Below, piece by piece: positions 19,218 to 29,300 of a stretch of 64,000 nucleotides of DNA. The DNA lies in the NCBI GenBank assembly GCA_963837955.1, contig CAWIPH010000002.1, forward strand, positions 1,152,001 to 1,216,000, read 5' to 3'. A model generated the notes under the pieces. That model was not told the origin of the DNA, made no database searches, and saw only the letters and a program-made list of their open reading frames with translations. Source of the stretch: an uncultured Verrucomicrobiae bacterium (GTDB taxonomy: Bacteria > Verrucomicrobiota > Verrucomicrobiia > Chthoniobacterales > JAFAMB01). Each line of letters begins with the position of its first letter. Within the stretch, counting starts at the first letter, position 1. The position numbers were made by a program, and so were the translations under genes.

Positions 19218-20525
19218 CTAGCGTAGTTTCTTGAAGCCGTCCCTGAGCTCTTGGGTAAAGAGTTCGGGCTGCTCGAAGGCAGCGAAATGGCCGCCCTTAT
19301 CGAGTTCGTGCCAATAGATCAGCTGCGTATAGCTCTTCTCCGCCCAGCTACGAGGAGCGCGCCAGATCTCGTGCGGGAAGACGCTGACAGCCACCGGAAT
19401 GTCGATCCTGCCCCCGGAAGGGCTCGCGCTTGTTCTATTCTCCCAATAAATCCGCGCTGAGGAGGCTGCGGTGTCTGTCAGCCAATAAAGTGAGATGTTG
19501 TCGAGCATCTGGTCCTTCGTGAGCACGGTTTCTGGATCGCCATTGCTGTCGGTCCAAGCCTGGAACTTCTCATAGATCCATGCCGCTTGACCTGAAGGTG
19601 AGTCCGCCAGCCCGTACGCGATGGTCTGAGGACGAGTCGTCTGTTCCCTGAAGTAGCCGTTACCGTCGTTCAGGAACTCGGTGAGTGCCGTAACCGCGCG
19701 TTGCTCCTCTACGGAAAGACCTTCGCTGGGAATCTTTTCGGGAAAGACGAACTGGAAGTTAAGGTGGATGCCGGCGAGGCTGGCCGGCTTCAGCTTGCCG
19801 AGTGCGGTGGTGACGCCAGCACCCCAATCACCGCCCTGCGCCACCCAGCGCTCGTAGCCGAGCCGCTGCATCAGGACAACCCACGCCTTGGCGATTCGCA
19901 CGACGTCCCAACCAGTATCGGTCGGCTTGTCAGAGAAACCGAAGCCCGGCAACGAAGGCACGACCACGTGGAATGCGTCTTCTGGCCTGCCACCGTGTGC
20001 CGTCGGGTTTGTTAGAGGGTTGATAACCTTCAGAAACTCGACGATTGATCCGGGCCATCCATGGGTGAGGATGATTGGCAGCGCGTCCGCGTGCTTCGAG
20101 CGCACATGGATAAAGTGAATCCCGACCCCATCGATCTCCGTGCGATATTGGGCAAAACCGTTGATCTCCTTCTCAGCTCGACGCCAGTCATATTGGGTAC
20201 GCCAATATTCGACCAGTGCGCGCACCTTCTCCAGTGGTACACCCTGGGACCAATCCGAAACGGTCTGACGGTTGGGCCAGCGCGTCATATCGAGGCGACG
20301 TTTGAGATCGTCAAGAGCGCTCTGCGGAATGTCGACGGTGAACGGCGTGATGGCGGCAGAGACGCTCGTCGTGCCGTCTGCGGCAAAGAGGTCCGCGACC
20401 ATACCGATACCCAGTGCTGTGAATGCGGCGCCGGCAGCGCTGGTTTCCAGGAACCGACGACGCGAGATTTCTTTGCCGGTCCCAAATCCATCTTGATTAT
20501 CACTATCTCTGACATTGTTATTCAT
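19218..20525 (-). CDS. Epoxide hydrolase with Tat signal
   Basis: SRRRFL; HGWPGS; QGGDWG; GGHFAAFEQP. Confidence 0.92.
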   Translation of the reverse strand: MNNNVRDSDNQDGFGTGKEISRRRFLETSAAGAAFTALGIGMVADLFAADGTTSVSAAITPFTVDIPQSALDDLKRRLDMTRWPNRQTVSDWSQGVPLEKVRALVEYWRTQYDWRRAEKEINGFAQYRTEIDGVGIHFIHVRSKHADALPIILTHGWPGSIVEFLKVINPLTNPTAHGGRPEDAFHVVVPSLPGFGFSDKPTDTGWDVVRIAKAWVVLMQRLGYERWVAQGGDWGAGVTTALGKLKPASLAGIHLNFQFVFPEKIPSEGLSVEEQRAVTALTEFLNDGNGYFREQTTRPQTIAYGLADSPSGQAAWIYEKFQAWTDSNGDPETVLTKDQMLDNISLYWLTDTAASSARIYWENRTSASPSGGRIDIPVAVSVFPHEIWRAPRSWAEKSYTQLIYWHELDKGGHFAAFEQPELFTQELRDGFKKLR

Positions 20526-20612
20526 GATCAAATCGCTGCTCGCGGTCCTGCCTTTGTTCGAATACACGACGAACGAAGGCCGGCGATCAGGACAGGTGCC
20601 CGCGCTTTTTTC

Positions 20613-20822
20613 GGCGGCTCACGCAAAAGCGTTCGCCCTACCGATCAGGGGTGTTGTCCCAGCGTTGGTAGGGCAAAAATTTATTTGAGCCAGGAAACCT
20701 ATGAGTGGCTCACGCAAAAAGCGTTCGCCCTACCGATCGTGGGTGTTGTCCCAGCGCTGGTAGGGCGAAAATTTATTTGAGCCGGAAAACCCCTGAGCGG
20801 CTCACGCAAAAGCGTTCGCCCT
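20613..20822 (+). repeat. REP family A array (~92-bp GTAG-type units), left part
   Basis: GGTAGGGCGAA..TGAGCCG..CGGCTCA..TTCGCCCTACC. Confidence 0.9.
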
Positions 20823-21172
20823 GCTATGGGAGTTGTCAAACTGCCTTGATGGGATTGGTTCTAGATTTTCATTTTGGGGCGACTTCTAGTCGCCGGGATT
20901 TTGTGGGTTAAGAAGCTTCTGAAGGTTTGGCTTTTGGTGGCGTCTAGCCTCGGGTATGCGGTCAGGTGCTAACCTTCGACCGTCCAACCTGCTATCCGTG
21001 TCCGGCTCGCCCTGGCGCGGCTCACATTATGCTTTATCCGAGCATGGTCGAGGCAAGCGAGCGCACCCAATCTACCAGCGAGTGTTGGCCCAAGGGCGAA
21101 GCCGGGCGCGCGCCGCTTACCAAAGCTGTTTATTTTAAAAAAGATTCTTTTCTGGAGTAAGGGAAGAGACTT
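20823..21172 (-). ncRNA. Candidate bridge/seekRNA region
   Basis: Long structured non-coding end with target matches at 21072-21080 and 21093-21100 and an element-end match at 20989-20995; strand inferred. Confidence 0.55.
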
Positions 21173-22273
21173 TTAAGCGCGGGGTGGAGGGTTAAGGATC
21201 AGTCCCAGTTCTTGGGCCGTGGTGCGACCAGTGCGCATCTTCCAGATGTCGATCAACAGCCGCCGCGCCACCGCCACTGCCGCTTTTTTCTTGAGCACTT
21301 TATTACTGCCGCAAAGGGTTGCCCGCCACTGCACGATGGGTGGATAGTTGGGCTGAAAGAGCAGCAGGCGCCAAACCATCTCAATGATCAGCCTGCGGAT
21401 CCGGGGCGACCCCACTTTGGTAATTGAACCCAAGCGTTGGTGGGTTCCAGTGGAATACTCCCGGGGAACAAAGCCCCCAAAGCAGCCGACTTTGCGTCGA
21501 GTGACGAAGCGATGGTAATCACCGATCTCTCGATCCACTTGCACCATACTCTGGGCCCCGAAGCCTTTGGGTAAAGCTTCTTGGTTACTTTGGGCTAGTT
21601 CCTTTTTGCGCTGAGCAATTTGAGCGTCCAGTAAGCGCAAAGTGGCTTGCCACACTTCCAGCTTGGTTCGAATCCACTCCGGCAAAAGCGGCGCCCATTT
21701 ACGGTAAGCAATTGGCCGCCACCAGGCCCCTTTCATCATCCCGTAACCTTGGCTCAAAACCAGCGCTCGCCCTTGGGCCCCAATCGCTTTGCGCATCGCC
21801 ACCAACTGATCATGTTGCCGGCTTTCAGCTCGCAACTGTTCTTGCTCAGGGGTCGGTACTCGCACCACCCGCAGCATCTCAGAATCGCCCTGCACGTAAC
21901 TGTACAGCCGACTGCTCAGCTTGCGGGCGTCCAGCTTGTTGTGCTTGCGTTTTCCTTGCTCCAAACATTCCGGTGCGCAGACCAGAGCCTTAATCCCTAG
22001 CTCCCGCAAACGCCGATAGAGCACGTAGCCCAACGGTCCAGCTTCGTAGACCGCGTAGACTTCTTCGGCTAAACGCAATTGCTTTTGGGCAAAGAGCAGC
22101 AGCTCTTCCGCACTCAAGCTTTGCACCCCTTGGATCCCGCTGTTGTCAATCTTACGTGCCACCTGATTGCTCTTCAGGTGCGCATCGATGCCAAGAAATA
22201 TTTGCTTGGCCTTTACCTGCTTTTGGTCCTTGTTTTCACTTACCGATTCGGTCAGTGCCGATTGGTTATTCAT
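21173..22273 (-). CDS. IS110-family transposase/recombinase
   Basis: LGIDAH, YEAGPLG, KHNKLDA, GFVPREYSTG, ITKVG, AVAVARRL. Confidence 0.92.
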   Translation of the reverse strand: MNNQSALTESVSENKDQKQVKAKQIFLGIDAHLKSNQVARKIDNSGIQGVQSLSAEELLLFAQKQLRLAEEVYAVYEAGPLGYVLYRRLRELGIKALVCAPECLEQGKRKHNKLDARKLSSRLYSYVQGDSEMLRVVRVPTPEQEQLRAESRQHDQLVAMRKAIGAQGRALVLSQGYGMMKGAWWRPIAYRKWAPLLPEWIRTKLEVWQATLRLLDAQIAQRKKELAQSNQEALPKGFGAQSMVQVDREIGDYHRFVTRRKVGCFGGFVPREYSTGTHQRLGSITKVGSPRIRRLIIEMVWRLLLFQPNYPPIVQWRATLCGSNKVLKKKAAVAVARRLLIDIWKMRTGRTTAQELGLILNPPPRA

Positions 22274-22321
22274 ATTGTCCAGGTTGCTGTTCATCCAGCA
22301 GCCTGGCAATACCCATGGCAT

Positions 22322-22690
22322 CTACCGATCAGGGGTGTTGTCCCAGCGCTGGTAGGGCGAAAATTTATTTGAGCCGGAAACCCCTGAACGGCTCACGCAA
22401 AAGCGTTCGCCCTACCGATCGCGGGTGTTGTCCAAGCGCTGGTAGGGCGAAAATTTATTTGAGCCGGAAACCCCTGAGCGGCTCACGCAAAAGCGTTCGC
22501 CCTACCGATCGGGGTGTTGTCCCAGCGTTGGTAGGGCGAAAATTTATTTGAGCCGGAAAACCCCTGATCGGCTCACGCAAAAGCGTTCGCCCTACCGATC
22601 ATGGGCGTTGTCCCAGCGTTGGTAGGGCGAAAATTTATTTGAGCCGGAAACCCCTGAGCGGCTCACGCAAAAGCGTTCGCCCTACCGATC
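22322..22690 (+). repeat. REP family A array, right part (4 units)
   Basis: Same ~92-bp unit. Confidence 0.9.
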
Positions 22691-23286
22691 ATAGGCATTG
22701 TTCCAGCGCGCTTATGGTGAGCTGAACAGCGAAGACACGTGGCTTTCTTTGGCGCGCGGAATAGATCAGCAGCATTTCACGGAGCGGTCGCGAAGTGTCA
22801 CCTGGGGCAGGCCGTGGCCGAAAAGGCGTCCAAACCGGATCGCTTTCGAAAACCGAAACCTCGCGTGCTGCAAAGCAGGAGCGGCAAAAGCGAAGTATCG
22901 GAAGAGGCCTCTAAAGGTCACGGACTCGGATGGCAGGGATCGCATGATACGTTGACAATGGCGTTACCGGTCGGGGCTCCTATCCCGGCCGTCTCCCAAA
23001 ACGTTAAGGCCCTCATGACACCCAATACGCCTGTCCGGACATCGGCTCAAATGGTGGGCAGAACAGCGGACGTTCCTTGTTTTATCCGTGGTCTATTGTA
23101 TCGAGCACTCTTACAAAAGACCGTCAGGACAATTACAATTTCATCAGTTTCACCGGGGCTTTCATGTTCTGCCTTTCGTGACGAAAGTGATCGCGTTAGC
23201 AGTTGCCAAAAAAGCTGAGGACTTAAAAAGGCTGAGGACTTCTTACCGGAGCATCAGCGAAAACAACACACGCAAAATTTGCTTTT

Positions 23287-24261
23287 ATGGTAAGAGCCTT
23301 GTTTTTCAGGGATCTATGGTGCTTCGCCTTGCATATATCCTCGATCAGCCGGTTAGAGGGCGTTGGCCGGTTGGGATCAGCATCGGCGTTGCTAGGAATC
23401 GTCGCCCTGCTTATGGGCTCCTTAGCGAGCGGGGCGGCGGCTGACAATCTCTCCTCTTGGTCGCTAGAAGCGAACGCCGATGCCTCCTACGTCGGTCCGA
23501 GTGAACTAAAGAGGGGACCCAAAGAGTTCGGATCATTTAATGAATTGGACACTACCGTGAATGTCGTCGCCTCGAGCCAAGTCTCGCAAAATACCTTGCT
23601 TCGCTTCGGCATGAATTGGCAACGTTTCTCGTTTACTCCGGACACACAAGCTCCAGTTCCTAGTTCGCTGCAATCCTTGAATTTGGAGATCGGCGCCGAT
23701 TACCAACTAACGCCAGTCCTTTTGCTCCGAGTAGAAGCGCAACCTGGATTTTACAGCGATTTTCGGGAGCTAAGACAGAAAGATTTCAACATTCCGTTTG
23801 TGGTTGGAGCGACCTATTTTGTCAGTAAGGATTTTCTTTGTGTATTCGGTTTGAGCGTAGATATCAATCGCACCCCCCGCGTCTTCCCAGCCATTGGCGC
23901 CCGCTGGCGGATCGCGCCGAAGGTCGTTATCGATGCGATTTTGCCGGATCCGCAAATTGATTATGAGTTGAATCGAAATACGACGCTACATGTAGGGGCC
24001 TCGCTGAAGAACGGGTCCTATCGTGTCAACGACGATTTCGGGTCCGATCGGGGTATTCCGAAACTGAACAACGGCATTCTCAACTATACTGAGATCCGTG
24101 CGGCGGCGGGCATTTCCTGGAAGATAAGCCGCGCGGTTTCGGTCGATTTGGAGAGTGGTTGCGTGCCGTACAGAAAATTTGATTTCACGCGGGCCAATTA
24201 CAAAGTGACAGCCTTCGATATAGCGCCTTTCGCGCAGGTGAGTTTCTCGGCAAAGTTTTGA
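23287..24261 (+). CDS. Outer-membrane beta-barrel protein, DUF6268-like
   Basis: Amphipathic strands and terminal Phe; true start probably downstream. Confidence 0.7.
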   Translation: MVRALFFRDLWCFALHISSISRLEGVGRLGSASALLGIVALLMGSLASGAAADNLSSWSLEANADASYVGPSELKRGPKEFGSFNELDTTVNVVASSQVSQNTLLRFGMNWQRFSFTPDTQAPVPSSLQSLNLEIGADYQLTPVLLLRVEAQPGFYSDFRELRQKDFNIPFVVGATYFVSKDFLCVFGLSVDINRTPRVFPAIGARWRIAPKVVIDAILPDPQIDYELNRNTTLHVGASLKNGSYRVNDDFGSDRGIPKLNNGILNYTEIRAAAGISWKISRAVSVDLESGCVPYRKFDFTRANYKVTAFDIAPFAQVSFSAKF

Positions 24262-24338
24262 GCTTGGCGACGGCCTGGGAGCCGTCGCATACACTGACAT
24301 CCTCTGCACCGACGATTTCGAGACCGAACAGGGTCTAT

Positions 24339-24599
24339 TTAGTCCCCGAGCTCAACATCAAGGATGGTGTTTGCTAACAAGATAGCCTGAGCGGGTGTGG
24401 GACTGTATCGCTCTTTAAACGCGATTTCGTAAGCTATCGGATGACCAAACGGCGTTTTTTTCTTGCAGATTCTCAATCTCCAGAGCCGGGCGGCCGAATC
24501 GAACAGGAGAGAGACCTCGGTAACTCCTCCTCGGATAAAGGACCCGTGAGGTTCGTGTTCCCAATTGAACTTAGATGACCTTCCCTCGGCGTCTGGCAT
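24339..24599 (-). CDS. Hypothetical protein
   Basis: ATG-started 86-aa ORF filling the intergenic gap. Confidence 0.4.
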   Translation of the reverse strand: MPDAEGRSSKFNWEHEPHGSFIRGGVTEVSLLFDSAARLWRLRICKKKTPFGHPIAYEIAFKERYSPTPAQAILLANTILDVELGD

Positions 24600-24928
24600 T
24601 CCGGATACTCACATTGATTTGCTTATCTGTATCGGCGGAAGGCTCGCAGGCTTAAGTGATCGGAAACCGATCTCTCTCTTTTTTGGAGCGATGAGCGTGC
24701 TGAGGTTTCCCGCGAAATGGCCGCCGGAGTAACCGCGTTGAAAGCGCAACGCGACAATTTCTCCGTTTACTTTCGACCAGTGGAGCTTAGGTTCCTTTGT
24801 ACGGAGCGCATGGATGCGTTCCGCACGAGGGCAAGCCTAATATTGATTGTAACTTGTGGCTCGGCCAACCGCTTGGGTTTTTGGCTACGAGGTTGGGCAG
24901 AGCCGCTAAACCAAATGGAATTAGTTCT

Positions 24929-26122
24929 ATGGCCAGTAATCGTGGCATTGTCTATATCGGACCAGGGAAGGTAGAAGTACAAGGGATCGACTATCCCAAA
25001 TTCGTTTCGCCGAACGGCAAAGAAATCGATCACGGCGTGATTGTTCGCATCGTATCGACAAATATTTGCGGAAGCGATCAGCATATGGTGCGCGGACGCA
25101 CAACCGCTCCATCTGGTCTGGTTCTCGGCCATGAAATTACGGGAGAGGTGATTGAGAAAGGACGCGACGTAGAGTTTCTGGAAATCGGCGATCTGGTTTC
25201 GGTCCCGTTCAATGTTGCCTGCGGGCGTTGTCGAAATTGTCGAGAACAAAAAACCGGTATCTGCGAAAATGTAAATCCGGCCCGGGCCGGCGGTGCCTAC
25301 GGATATGTCGACATGGGGGGATGGGTTGGCGGTCAAGCCGAATTCGTGATGGTTCCGTATGCCGACTTCAATCTCCTGAAGTTGCCGGAGAAAGCGCAGG
25401 CCATGGAAAAGATTCGAGATCTGACCTGCCTCTCGGACATTTTCCCCACTGGCTACCACGGTGCGGTCTCCGCAGGGGTTGGACCCGGAACAACCGTGCT
25501 GGTGACTGGGGCTGGTCCGGTTGGTCTCGCGTGCGCTGCGTCTTGTCATTTGCTTGGAGCCGCCGTTGTCATCGTCTCCGATCTGAATAAAGACCGTCTG
25601 CAACAGGCCCGGTCGTTCGGCTGTGAGACTGTCGACGTCTCTGCCAAAGCTTCCTTGGCTGAGCAGATTGAGCAGATTCTCGGTAGCCCCGAAGTAGATT
25701 GCGCAGTGGATTGCGTTGGTTTCGAAGCTCACGGTCATGGTGCGGATGCAAAAAAGGAGGCGCCCGCAGCCGTATTGAATTCGCTGATGGAGCTCACCAG
25801 GGCGGGCGGCGCGATCGGTATTCCCGGCCTTTACGTGACGGATGATCCGGGTGGCGTGGATGCAGCCGCGAAGGTCGGAGCGCTCTCGGTTCGTCTAGGG
25901 CTCGGTTGGGCTAAGAGCCACTCCTTCCAAACCGGGCAGACCCCAGTATTGAAATACAATCGCCAGCTCATGCAAGCGATCCTCCATGACAAAGTCCATA
26001 TCGCCAAGGCGGTTAACGTGACCGTGATAACGCTAGACGATGGACCAAAGGGTTATGTTGACTTCGACAAAGGTGCTGCCAAAAAATTCGTGATCGATCC
26101 TCACGGGTTACTAGCAGCTTGA
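24929..26122 (+). CDS. fdhA: Glutathione-independent formaldehyde dehydrogenase
   Basis: TNICGSDQHMVRGRT, GHE, structural Zn cysteines, LSDIFPTGYHG. Confidence 0.95.
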   Translation: MASNRGIVYIGPGKVEVQGIDYPKFVSPNGKEIDHGVIVRIVSTNICGSDQHMVRGRTTAPSGLVLGHEITGEVIEKGRDVEFLEIGDLVSVPFNVACGRCRNCREQKTGICENVNPARAGGAYGYVDMGGWVGGQAEFVMVPYADFNLLKLPEKAQAMEKIRDLTCLSDIFPTGYHGAVSAGVGPGTTVLVTGAGPVGLACAASCHLLGAAVVIVSDLNKDRLQQARSFGCETVDVSAKASLAEQIEQILGSPEVDCAVDCVGFEAHGHGADAKKEAPAAVLNSLMELTRAGGAIGIPGLYVTDDPGGVDAAAKVGALSVRLGLGWAKSHSFQTGQTPVLKYNRQLMQAILHDKVHIAKAVNVTVITLDDGPKGYVDFDKGAAKKFVIDPHGLLAA

Positions 26123-26130
26123 ACCCCGAT

Positions 26131-26656
26131 GATCGGTAGGGCGAACGCTTTTGCGTGAACCACTCAGGGGTTTCCCGGCTCAAATAAATTTTCGCCCTAC
26201 CAACGTTGGGACAATACCCCTGATTGGTAGGGCGAACGCTTTTGCGTGAGCCACTCAGAGGTTTCCCGGCTCAAATAAATTTTCGCCCTACCGATCGCTG
26301 GAACAGCACCCCTGATTGGTAGGGCGAACGCTTTTGCGTGAGCCGCTCAGAGGTTTCCTGGCTCAAATAAATTTTCGCCCTACCGACCGCTGGAACAGCA
26401 CCCATGATAGCTAGGGCGAACGCTTTTGCGTGAGCCGCTCAGGGGTTTCCCGGCTCAAATAAATTTTCGCCCTACCAACGCTGGGACAACACCCCTGATC
26501 GGTAGGGCGAACGCTTTTGCGTGAGCCACTCAGGGTTTCCCGGCTCAAATAAATTTTCGCCCTACCAGCGTTGGGACAGAACCCATGATTGATAGGGCGA
26601 ACGCTTGGCGTGAGCCACTCAGGGGTTTCCTGGCTCAAATAGATTTCGCCCTACCA
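26131..26656 (-). repeat. REP family A array (~6 units, reverse)
   Basis: Reverse complement of the unit at 22322-22690. Confidence 0.9.
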
Positions 26657-26744
26657 ACGGGCAAACGAACCCAATGGGAACCTGAAATGAATAAATCTGC
26701 GTAATCCGTGTAATCTGCGGATCGCTCCTCTCTTTTCGACCCGA

Positions 26745-27635
26745 TCAGCTCCGCAAATACTTATTCAAAAAATCAACGGTCCGTTGCCAGGCTAGCTTGG
26801 CAGCGGTTTCGTCGTAGCGAGGCGTCGTATCGTTATGAAAGCCGTGATTCGCGCCCTCGTAAACGTACGCGGCGTAGGTCACGTGATTGGCCTTGAGCGC
26901 CCCCTCGTAAGCCGGCCATCCATCGGTGATCCGCGCGTCCAGCGACGCATAGTGAAGCAGCAGGGGAGCCTTGATCTTGGCGGCATCCTCAGCACTGGGT
27001 TGGCGGCCGTAGAAAGCAACCGCAGCCCCTAGGTCCGGGAGCCTCACGGCAAGATTATTGACGGTAGTTCCGCCAAAACAGAAGCCGACGGCGCCGATCT
27101 TGCCCGTGCATTCGGGCCGAGCTTTCAGCCAGGCGGCCGACGCGACAAAATCCTCAAACATTTTCTTCTCGTCGACCGTTTTGAAAAGGCCCGCTGCTTT
27201 CTCTTCATCGCCAGGGTATCCGCCAACCGATGTGAGACCATCGGGCGCAAAGGCCAGGAAATTCAAGGTCCCCAAACGCCGAGCCACGTCTTCGATATAC
27301 GGATTCAGGCCACGGTTCTCGTGTATCACTAGCACTCCGGGCAGCTTTTCACCGGCGTTCGCGGGACGAGCGAAATACCCTCGGATGCTTCCATTGCCCT
27401 GTGGCGACGCTACAGTCACATATTCCGTCTTGAGCCGCGCGTCATCCTTGGCGACTTGCTGCGCCAGCGCGTAATTCGGTCGGAGGCTTTCCCAGATGGC
27501 CATCGCCGTGAGGCCGCCCATAGCATACTTCTTTGCGGCGTCCAGGAATTGACGGCGGCTGATCTCGCCGTGGACGTAACGATCAAATACGTTCAGCAGC
27601 TCTTGCGGAAAATCGGTTGCTTTTTTTCGTTCCAT
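26745..27635 (-). CDS. yghX: YghX-family dienelactone hydrolase
   Basis: FDRYVHGEISRR, HENRGLNP, GFCFGG, HGFHNDTTPRYD. Confidence 0.92.
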   Translation of the reverse strand: MERKKATDFPQELLNVFDRYVHGEISRRQFLDAAKKYAMGGLTAMAIWESLRPNYALAQQVAKDDARLKTEYVTVASPQGNGSIRGYFARPANAGEKLPGVLVIHENRGLNPYIEDVARRLGTLNFLAFAPDGLTSVGGYPGDEEKAAGLFKTVDEKKMFEDFVASAAWLKARPECTGKIGAVGFCFGGTTVNNLAVRLPDLGAAVAFYGRQPSAEDAAKIKAPLLLHYASLDARITDGWPAYEGALKANHVTYAAYVYEGANHGFHNDTTPRYDETAAKLAWQRTVDFLNKYLRS

Positions 27636-27787
27636 CTAAGTGTCTCCTTCGTGGTTGGTTCCTAGCGGCCGAGTATCCAGCTGAATCCGGGATAAAGCGT
27701 ACATCTTGCAAGCCAAGAAAGCGATGGAGTTGGGAAGATCAATTCGGGCAAAGCCGTCGGCGAGCTTGCGCGATTTCGGTTTAGATT

Positions 27788-27891
27788 CGCGGCCCTGACT
27801 CCAACCGTTCCACCAGCCGTATACGTCAAAGCACGTATAGACAGGTTCCCTGGAGACGTTAGCCTGAGAGCGGTAGGAATCAGGGTCCGCG
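27788..27891 (+). ncRNA. Candidate structured leader RNA (three-way junction)
   Basis: Long closing stem enclosing two hairpins, ending ~8 nt before the AAGGAG RBS. Confidence 0.45.
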
Positions 27892-27909
27892 CACCGAAAA
27901 GGAGCCTCC

Positions 27910-28290
27910 ATGGCTAATACTCCGACTGATGTAATCGCACGTTACGGCAACTGGTTTAAGGGCGACGACGACTTATTCACGCATTGTCTGATACTGAGGA
28001 ACGGAGAACGCCGGCTGTTGGGTCAGGGACTGCGGGCGGTCACGCTGAGCAAGTCTAAGGTGCCGCTCACGAAGCTCAAGAAGCTAAAGGCCGCGCTTGC
28101 CACCATTCCTGCGACGTGGGCCGCCGCCAGCTATACCGGATACAATTTCATCACAGACGCGGAATCACCGACCGCCAGCGAGATCGCTGTCTATGGCAAG
28201 AAAGCCGGCGGCGGACTGCCCGGATACTTCGTCCCGCCGGCCGGTTCCGAGGTGGAAACATTGGTCAAGGTGATCGCCAACATCGACTGA
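27910..28290 (+). CDS. Hypothetical protein
   Basis: Strong AAGGAG RBS and GC3-biased codons. Confidence 0.75.
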   Translation: MANTPTDVIARYGNWFKGDDDLFTHCLILRNGERRLLGQGLRAVTLSKSKVPLTKLKKLKAALATIPATWAAASYTGYNFITDAESPTASEIAVYGKKAGGGLPGYFVPPAGSEVETLVKVIANID

Positions 28291-28336
28291 GGGGTCGGTA
28301 GAACCTCATCCAAAAAACAAGATTAAGGAGATATCA

Positions 28337-28789
28337 ATGATTAAAGAAAAACAGGAGCACCACGCTACGCAGGAGGCTTTGGACGAAATCGCTAACTGGA
28401 TGCGTCCCCCGGCCCAAAACGAGGGCATCAACTATTCGGTGGCCCGTCTCGGTGCCTTTCCCACTGGTCCGGCTTCGTTTCTCGGCGGAGGGGATGCATC
28501 GATCTTTACTCCATCGGGGCACCGGGGAACGCTCACCAGCAGTGTTGATGGGTCAGCAGTCGAGACCCCGGACTTCGTCAGCACGACTACATTTCCGATC
28601 AAGTTCAAATTCGATCTGAATGCTGGCAAAGCGATCGGTTCATGGGCTAACCCCCAGGCCCAGAACGTCACCATCAAGCTCGAATTCAATAGGAAGGCGA
28701 GCGACCCCGATTTTGGCAAATTTTATATTTTCACGGGGGACAGTTCGACAGATCAATCGGGCTACGTCGTCACCTTCGTACTTCTGTGA
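28337..28789 (+). CDS. Hypothetical beta-rich protein
   Basis: TAAGGAG RBS; tandem with the preceding gene. Confidence 0.75.
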   Translation: MIKEKQEHHATQEALDEIANWMRPPAQNEGINYSVARLGAFPTGPASFLGGGDASIFTPSGHRGTLTSSVDGSAVETPDFVSTTTFPIKFKFDLNAGKAIGSWANPQAQNVTIKLEFNRKASDPDFGKFYIFTGDSSTDQSGYVVTFVLL

Positions 28790-28903
28790 GCAACGACACG
28801 GCATAACGGTGGATTAACGGGTCGCATCAACCTAAGGCCGATGCCTCGTTCTCCGCGCAAGAGGGGCGCTGGGCGCTAGGACTCAGGCCGGAGTTCGCCC
28901 ATG

Positions 28904-29028
28904 GATCGGAGGGGCGTCGCTTGCGACGCCCGAGAATAATCCAGTGCGCGCCGAGGAAACGAGAAAAGGTTCAAAGAGGTTGCTTTATCATGGGCCGTTC
29001 CCGGGCGTCGCAAGCGATGCCCCTCCGC
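28904..29028. repeat. REP family B doublet (GGAGGGGCG.CGCTTGCG.CGCCCGGGA)
   Basis: Inverted pair; same family flanks the RAYT at 44493. Confidence 0.8.
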
Positions 29029-29300
29029 AGCCATGGGGGTTGCGCCGTGAAAGCGGCGATGCTTGGTCCTCTGCCCCGGAGGGGCGCTTGCACTCACCCC
29101 GGGTTTTTAAACCCCGGGATTAGTCGTTTTAAGGCGGTATGCCCTGCAAGGGCACTAGGATCCAATGTTGCAGCCGCCAATCCAATAGGAGCATCTAGAC
29201 TAGCGGCCTTAGGTTGATACATGGGTACCCCGCAGCCACAAAATAGTAATACATTAAAAAAAGATGTTGTCATAATGTTGTTTTGTGGTAGCCAAGAAGC

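Larger units (their letters stand above)
20821..22323 (-). mobile_element. IS110-family (IS1111-like) element inserted in a REP
   Basis: REP GTTCGCC-CT-ACCGATC split with CT at both junctions; imperfect terminal IRs (17/23); ~50-bp 5' and ~350-bp 3' non-coding ends. Confidence 0.88.

Noticed and set aside
22322..22690. REP-A arrays as CRISPR arrays
   Set aside because: Units repeat over their full length with no unique spacers; no cas genes; associated with a RAYT
22739..23218. 159-aa ORF after the REP array
   Set aside because: No recognisable motif or RBS; not supportable
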